Origin: Candidatus Omnitrophota bacterium
GTDB taxonomy: Bacteria; Omnitrophota; Gorgyraeia; JACQQV01
Length of the DNA stretch: 64,000 bases
Assembly (NCBI GenBank): GCA_016206785.1
Contig: JACQQV010000031.1
Span: forward strand, 35,860 to 99,859
Reading direction: 5' to 3'
The notes beneath the pieces are model-generated. The model did no database searches. It worked only from the letters and a program-made list of their open reading frames with translations, and was not told where the DNA came from. Within the stretch, counting starts at the first letter, position 1; each line of letters starts with the position of its first letter. The position numbers and the translations under genes are program-made. Shown piece by piece: positions 13,301 through 19,300 of the stretch.

Positions 13301-16300
13301 TGTAAAAATATTTCCTTTCCGATCGGTAAGAATACGTAGTCTCCCGTTGACAATCTCAACGTCTGTAATCTTCGGGCCTTTCTTTCCAGAAGGAGGTCGT
13401 GCAAATCGAAGAACAACCACTTCATCTTCTGGGGTCACCACCATGGCCAAAGCGGGATCTAATGCAGAGGTCTTTCTGGATAATCCTCTTATCGGAAAAC
13501 GAATGGGATTCTGCCAATAACTATCTTTCACAATCGCGACCCACTCTTCTCCTGCAAAGATCTTTGTCCCCCCTGTGGCAGGCCTCACTCCTTCTTCCCC
13601 TTGGACTCTGCTTTCATAATAAATAAAAGGCCAACTCCATTTTCGATGCTCCATTTCAATAGAAGCACCTCTTTGAGAAAGGGTCCCAGGATCTGTGTCA
13701 AATGTGGAGTGCGTCAATATCAAGGGAAAACTCTCTGGAGAAGAGATGCTGTCTTGAATTTTTTCTTCAAGGAGGTCATGAAGATGACTGTGTGGAAGGA
13801 CCTGCTGCCCAAATGCGTAGGAAGGGACGTCGACACGGAGTCGATCTCTAAATTGTTCAAGATTTAACCCTAGATTAAAGTGGTATCTGACACCCCCTCC
13901 AATATCTTCTGCAAGGAGAATCCCCTCTTGGACCAAAGGTCTAAGTGCTCCTAAGATCTCTCCTTCGCTCCTGATTTGTTGAAAGACCAAGGCCTCGCGC
14001 AGCCCACCATCCTTCGCAAACTGCGGGGGGGCTTTTTCCACTGCCACAGGCTTCCCGGCCTTTGCAAATGCCGTCGTGATCATGGCGACGACACGTTTCA
14101 GATTTCTGGCGATATCCTCTTCGCTGATCGGGACATTGGGATTGTTCAAATCGGCGGCCAGGTAATTTTGCGCAAGCATCCTGTCATGGATGGAAACGAA
14201 ATCGACCTGATCCGCATAGGAAGTTGCAAAAAGGTATTGGTCGGGATTGTCCGCGCGGACGCCAAGTTTGAATCCCTTGTGACTCCGCCTTAAATCGGTC
14301 TCCTCCAAAAGATCATGGGCGATTTTTAAATGAGTCACGTCACGGACATCGGTGAGTTGTATCAAAATGTTGTCAATGCCACCTCTCCGCGCCTCCTTCA
14401 CCGCCTCAAACTCCCAGCGGAGAAGAGTCCGGTATTCATCACTCGCAACATACCGGTAAAATCCTCCGAAACCGAGGGGGGTGTTTTCTTCCTTCTTGTC
14501 AAAAACAGTTCCATACCGAAGGGAAAGATATCCTTCGCTATCCAAATCGCTGGTCTGATACACAAGCTGCTCGCTCTTTTTCGACGAGACCGCTTTGGCA
14601 AAGAACGCAATGAGTTGGGTGCGGTAGTAATCCTCCGCTTTGATGAACCCCTTCTGGCCGATAAGCGTACGAAGGGTGGTCTGAATCTTCCGGATACCTT
14701 CCAAGTCCCTATTCAGTCTTGTGAGGAGTGCCGCCTTTTCATTGGCTATCTGAAGAAGTTCAATCCTTTTTTGCTCCTGCCCATCACCCAACGACTTGAG
14801 ATTGCGTTCGGCAGCAATTCGATCTTCCCTGGTTGTTTCAATTTGATGCAAGATTTCTTGTTCGATCTGATGGAGTTTCCCGCTGTCATAATAAAGGAAA
14901 GCGAGGGGGTGAATTTTCAGGATGTCACGGTAGAAATCGGAAGCCCGTATCGTCTGGATCTCAAGCCGCTCCGCGGCCACTTCTCTTTCGGGGATTTCGA
15001 TGGCGTCAGGCGTGGTCACCTCTCCACGGGTCAAAGGAAGTCTCCCTTCATAAATTTTTCCGGTCTTAAAATCAGCAGTAACAATTTGTCCTTCCTTCAA
15101 GTCTCCTCGGATACCGACGAGGACCGGTTTCCCTTGCGCTTCAGCTTCTCGGAACCAGGGACGGTCAAGGTCTTGGGCCTCAAAGAAAAATGCCCCCGCT
15201 TGATTGACAACACCGTTGGGAACGGCGATCCTTTCGGAACCCTTTCGAAATAGAACAAAATCGCCGAGTTGGATCCGACGGAGATCTTCCGGATCTTTGA
15301 CCACGACCATGTGACGGTCCCCCGCACCCTGTGTGGCAAGCGTTTTCCCAAAAGCGACCTCATGCGCTTCACGAAGGGATGCTTCTGAAATGGAAGAAAG
15401 ATTTAATTCCGCCTCGGAAATCAGTTTGACGGCTGCAAGGAACCCACGGACGTCTGTTCCGGTTGAATCAAGGAGTACGGCAATCTCGCGGGCCGCCTGA
15501 AGGTTATACCCCGGTTCGCTCGGATTGGTGAGTTTGATGATCGCCTGACCGCAGAGACCGCAGGTAAACTTCACGTTGCGCCTCTGGCGTGCTTCACGTA
15601 CCGCATACACCACATGACGGATGCTATTGACGATAGCAGGATGCGATTCTTGGAAAAGGGCTTTCACCAAAGGTTCTTCACGCCCCGCGCGGCGTGTTGT
15701 TTGTGTTAAGTCATTGGTTCCGAACGAGAAAAAAACATCCTTTCCGGTTTCCTTCGCGTATTGTGCCAAAAGATCCGCAAATTCATCCGCCTGAATCACG
15801 TTTGAAGGGAGCTCAACCATCATGCCGACGGTATGAAGCGGCATTTTGACTTCCTGGAAGCGTTTAAGACCTTTCCGGAGTTCTTCCGGCGTCCGGACAA
15901 AGGCGAAGAAGGCCCCAATATTGGTATAACCGGCCTCGTAGACCCGCTTGAGCGCTTCTAATTCCAAACCGAGAACTTCACGGTTCTCTTCCTTTAATAG
16001 CCAACCTGTTCCACGGTCTCCCAACATCGTTGCGCGCTCACGGGAACCGAAGACACCGCCCCCTGTAATCTGGAGAAGCTCGTTCTGTTTGAAATCGTTG
16101 AATCGGTAGAGAACTTTTTGATGAATCCCATTTGCCGCCGCCATAGAGGCGAGACCTTCATAGAATTTTCGGACGTAATATTCACGGGCACTGGGATAAC
16201 CGGCCACACGCCTCTCGATTTGCGCAACCAACTGGGGATGGGCACGGAGTTTTTCAACGTCTCCGCGCTCATCCATAGTCAGGGAGGTGTTGGAATCTTT

Positions 16301-19300
16301 TTCGAGTCCCTTCAGATTGTCGTAGGCGAGGATCGCCCTCGGATGAATTCCGACGCCGACAAGAATAAATTCTGCCCGGGCAAGACTGATCCCGTAAAAA
16401 GAAGGGTAAAGGGCAAGGTTGGAAACTTCCTGCATCGCCCGGGGATTTGCTACAATCAGTCCCGGTTTTGTGAAATGGGTCTCCGGAAGTTGGTCCACAT
16501 CGATCTCAACCTGCTCGGTTTCGATGGGGAGTGCTCCTTTGTAAATCCTCCCCGTATTGGCATCGACCGTGACCCAGTCATCTTCGGTAAAAAGATAGTC
16601 CCTCGCCTCCCTGTAGTGCGAAGGGGCTTCCTGCCGAAGTCTTTCCAAATCTCCATTAATTCCGGTGATCGTCGCCAGATTCAACTCGCGGCTCACAATT
16701 GCGGCATGAGAGGTGTCTCCTCCCTCTTCAGTAATAAAGCCGCGGACCCCCTCGGTTTTCATGAGCGGTTCCTGTCCGGGGGTCGTAAAGTCTGTCACAA
16801 TGATAGTATCCTCCCCAGACTTTCGGAAGTCAGCGACTTTGTTGCGGATACGGTCCTCTTCCCGGGCATAGTCTCCCTTGAAACTCCTCGCCTCGCGATC
16901 CAGAACGATGACCCGTCCGGTAAACGCATTCCGCCCCTGAACGCCTTTGACCAAAAGTTTCCCTGCCCCTTCCGCCTCCTCCGCCACCTCCTCCGGAACA
17001 AAAGTTCTTTTAATGGAAACATTCCGCGCCCCGATGTCGGAAGGGGTGGTAACGGCTCGCGACTGCACAAGACCCACGGCGGAGCGTTCCATCGCCCCTT
17101 CCATATCGCGGATCCCTCCGTAAAAATCGGTAGCCGCTTTGAGTTGTCGGGTAATTTTGATGATCTCTTCGTCGGTTGCAGCGAATTGATTTCTTTTTTC
17201 AGGAGGGACATGGGTCCAAATGAGCCGCTGTTTCGGATCTTCGAGAAGCGCATGGATCGCGTGGGTCAGTTGCAAAAAGTTTTCTCGCGGAAGGACAAGA
17301 TGTTTTGAAACGGCTGCCGGTAGATGAAGTCCCTCTGCAATCGCCTTCTCGGCCCTCTCTTCAATCTCCTCGTGGATGCGCACAATGGTCCGAAGAAGGG
17401 GAGCGATCTGATTCCCGTTATAAATCTTTCCAAGGAGTTCAGGGGAAAGGGCGACCCCCCTCGGCTGGAACTCTTGCGCGATATAACGGCGGACCGCTTC
17501 CATGAGTTGTGCAAGCTCCTCTTGGGTGATTCCCGCCTTCTCAAGAATCTCCTCCAGATACACCATTTGAGTCCGCTTCGCCCCAAGCTCTGCTTCAATG
17601 ATATTGACATGTTCCCGACCCTCTGCATCCGTGAAGAGATGAACTTTGTAGGCGTCTGGAACCACCATTCCCCCCACAATCGCTTCTCCCAACCCGTAAG
17701 AAGTGGTAATCCGGAAAATCCGTCCTTCGGTGAGTCTTTCTTCGGGGGTATCCTGAAAGCTCCTCGCCGTGAAACCGGTGGTCCGATCGAGGCTGAAAGC
17801 CACAAGGGAGACGTCGCTTCGAATCATTCTTTGAATGGGAACTGCAAGAGAAAGGCGCGTTGGATCAATGTAAGGCTTTCCCGCTTCTTCCAAAAGTTTC
17901 AAGAAACGGTCCGCAATCCTTGGGTGCCCGGTCCGGATTTCCACCAGGGCGTTCCGCATCTTTGCATGGGGAACATACGTTCCCTTTTCAAGATTTTCGC
18001 CGATTTCCCGTACCTGTTGCCGCGGCGTCTCCTTCAATGCCGAAACAAGCTGAGAAAGATCCTGCGGGGTTTCAATGGCGCTGATGAATGCAAGGAAGAT
18101 TTGCGTATCCCGGTAGCTGATGGCGTTCGGTCTAAAAAGACTTGCCAAGACATCCCGATATCGCTCGAGGACAAGGGAGTACCCCCTCACATTCAAAAAG
18201 GTCTCCTGTTGCCCGGCACTGGAACCGGAGGAGATCTCCACTTTCAACCCCGAGCGGAGCGGCTTGGAAGGATCAATCTCCACATCTTCGACGGTGCCGG
18301 AGCTTCGTACGGCGACAGGGAGATTCATATCGGGATAACTGTTTTCCCGGCTGAGGACCATATAATTTCCGACAACCTCCTGTTCAAGATCTTCCGGCAT
18401 CACCGCCTGCTCAATCGCCTTTTGAATCGCCTCTGAAGCATCCTTGAGGGCATGAGGGTCGGTGACATCTAAATCGGAAAGGAGCCGACCGATGGTATCC
18501 CTGATTTCAGGATTTGCATCGAGGAAACGCTGGTATCCTGCTGCCGTGACAATGAATCCTGGTGGGACAGGAACCCCATGACCAAACATTTCCCCAAGAT
18601 TCGCACCCTTCCCGCCCACAATCGCCATATCATGACGCCCTACCTCTTCAAACCACACCGTCAGTCTTTGAGAAATATCTTCAGCCCTTTTGCCTTCGCC
18701 ATCTCTGGCCGCGAGACCCCATTGTTCTCCTCGGGGATGGTTTAGAATGCGCACTTGCGATAAAGTCCTCGGCAGCCTTCCGAAAGCCACCTCATTGACA
18801 AGTTGAAATTCGGCCTTCGATTCTCTATGGTCGATTTCAAACTCTATCACCCAAGAGTCTGCATCCGCTCTTCCCATTTCCCGTAATGCGATGCCCCGAT
18901 GATGACCTTCCGCGATGAAGAAACGGGCCCGTTTGGGTTCCGGCTTAATCACAATAAGCGCTTCACCTTCGCCCTGTTTAATTTCTTTTTTACGTACCTC
19001 AATTTCTTCTCGAAAAGCGGTTGGGGCGGCGGGCGCCAACACACCTAACGAGAGTGTACGACGATAAACCTTCATGGGTACCCCATGAATTCTTTCAAAA
19101 TCTCTTGCTAACCGGTATGCCAAATCTTTGGAGTAATCCGCAACGGGAATTCGGTAAACGCTTCCTCCCGGACGGATTCCCAGTATGATGCGGCGGTCGC
19201 CAATATACAAAGAGACCGCATCATCACCCTTAAAGTATGTGGGTTCATGAATAAATAGTGCGGAGAGCGAGGGATCCTTCGCCCGCGCCTTTTGGAGTGC

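Noticed and set aside
14330-18436. Long plus-strand ORFs (14330..15253, 16118..17308, 17324..18436; 300-400 aa) antisense to the giant gene, plus 20508..21479 antisense to the second giant gene
   Set aside because: The translations are low-complexity and motif-free with Arg/Gly/Pro-rich composition, which is typical of antisense frames in GC-rich coding DNA. The minus-strand frame carries coherent enzyme motifs across the whole region.
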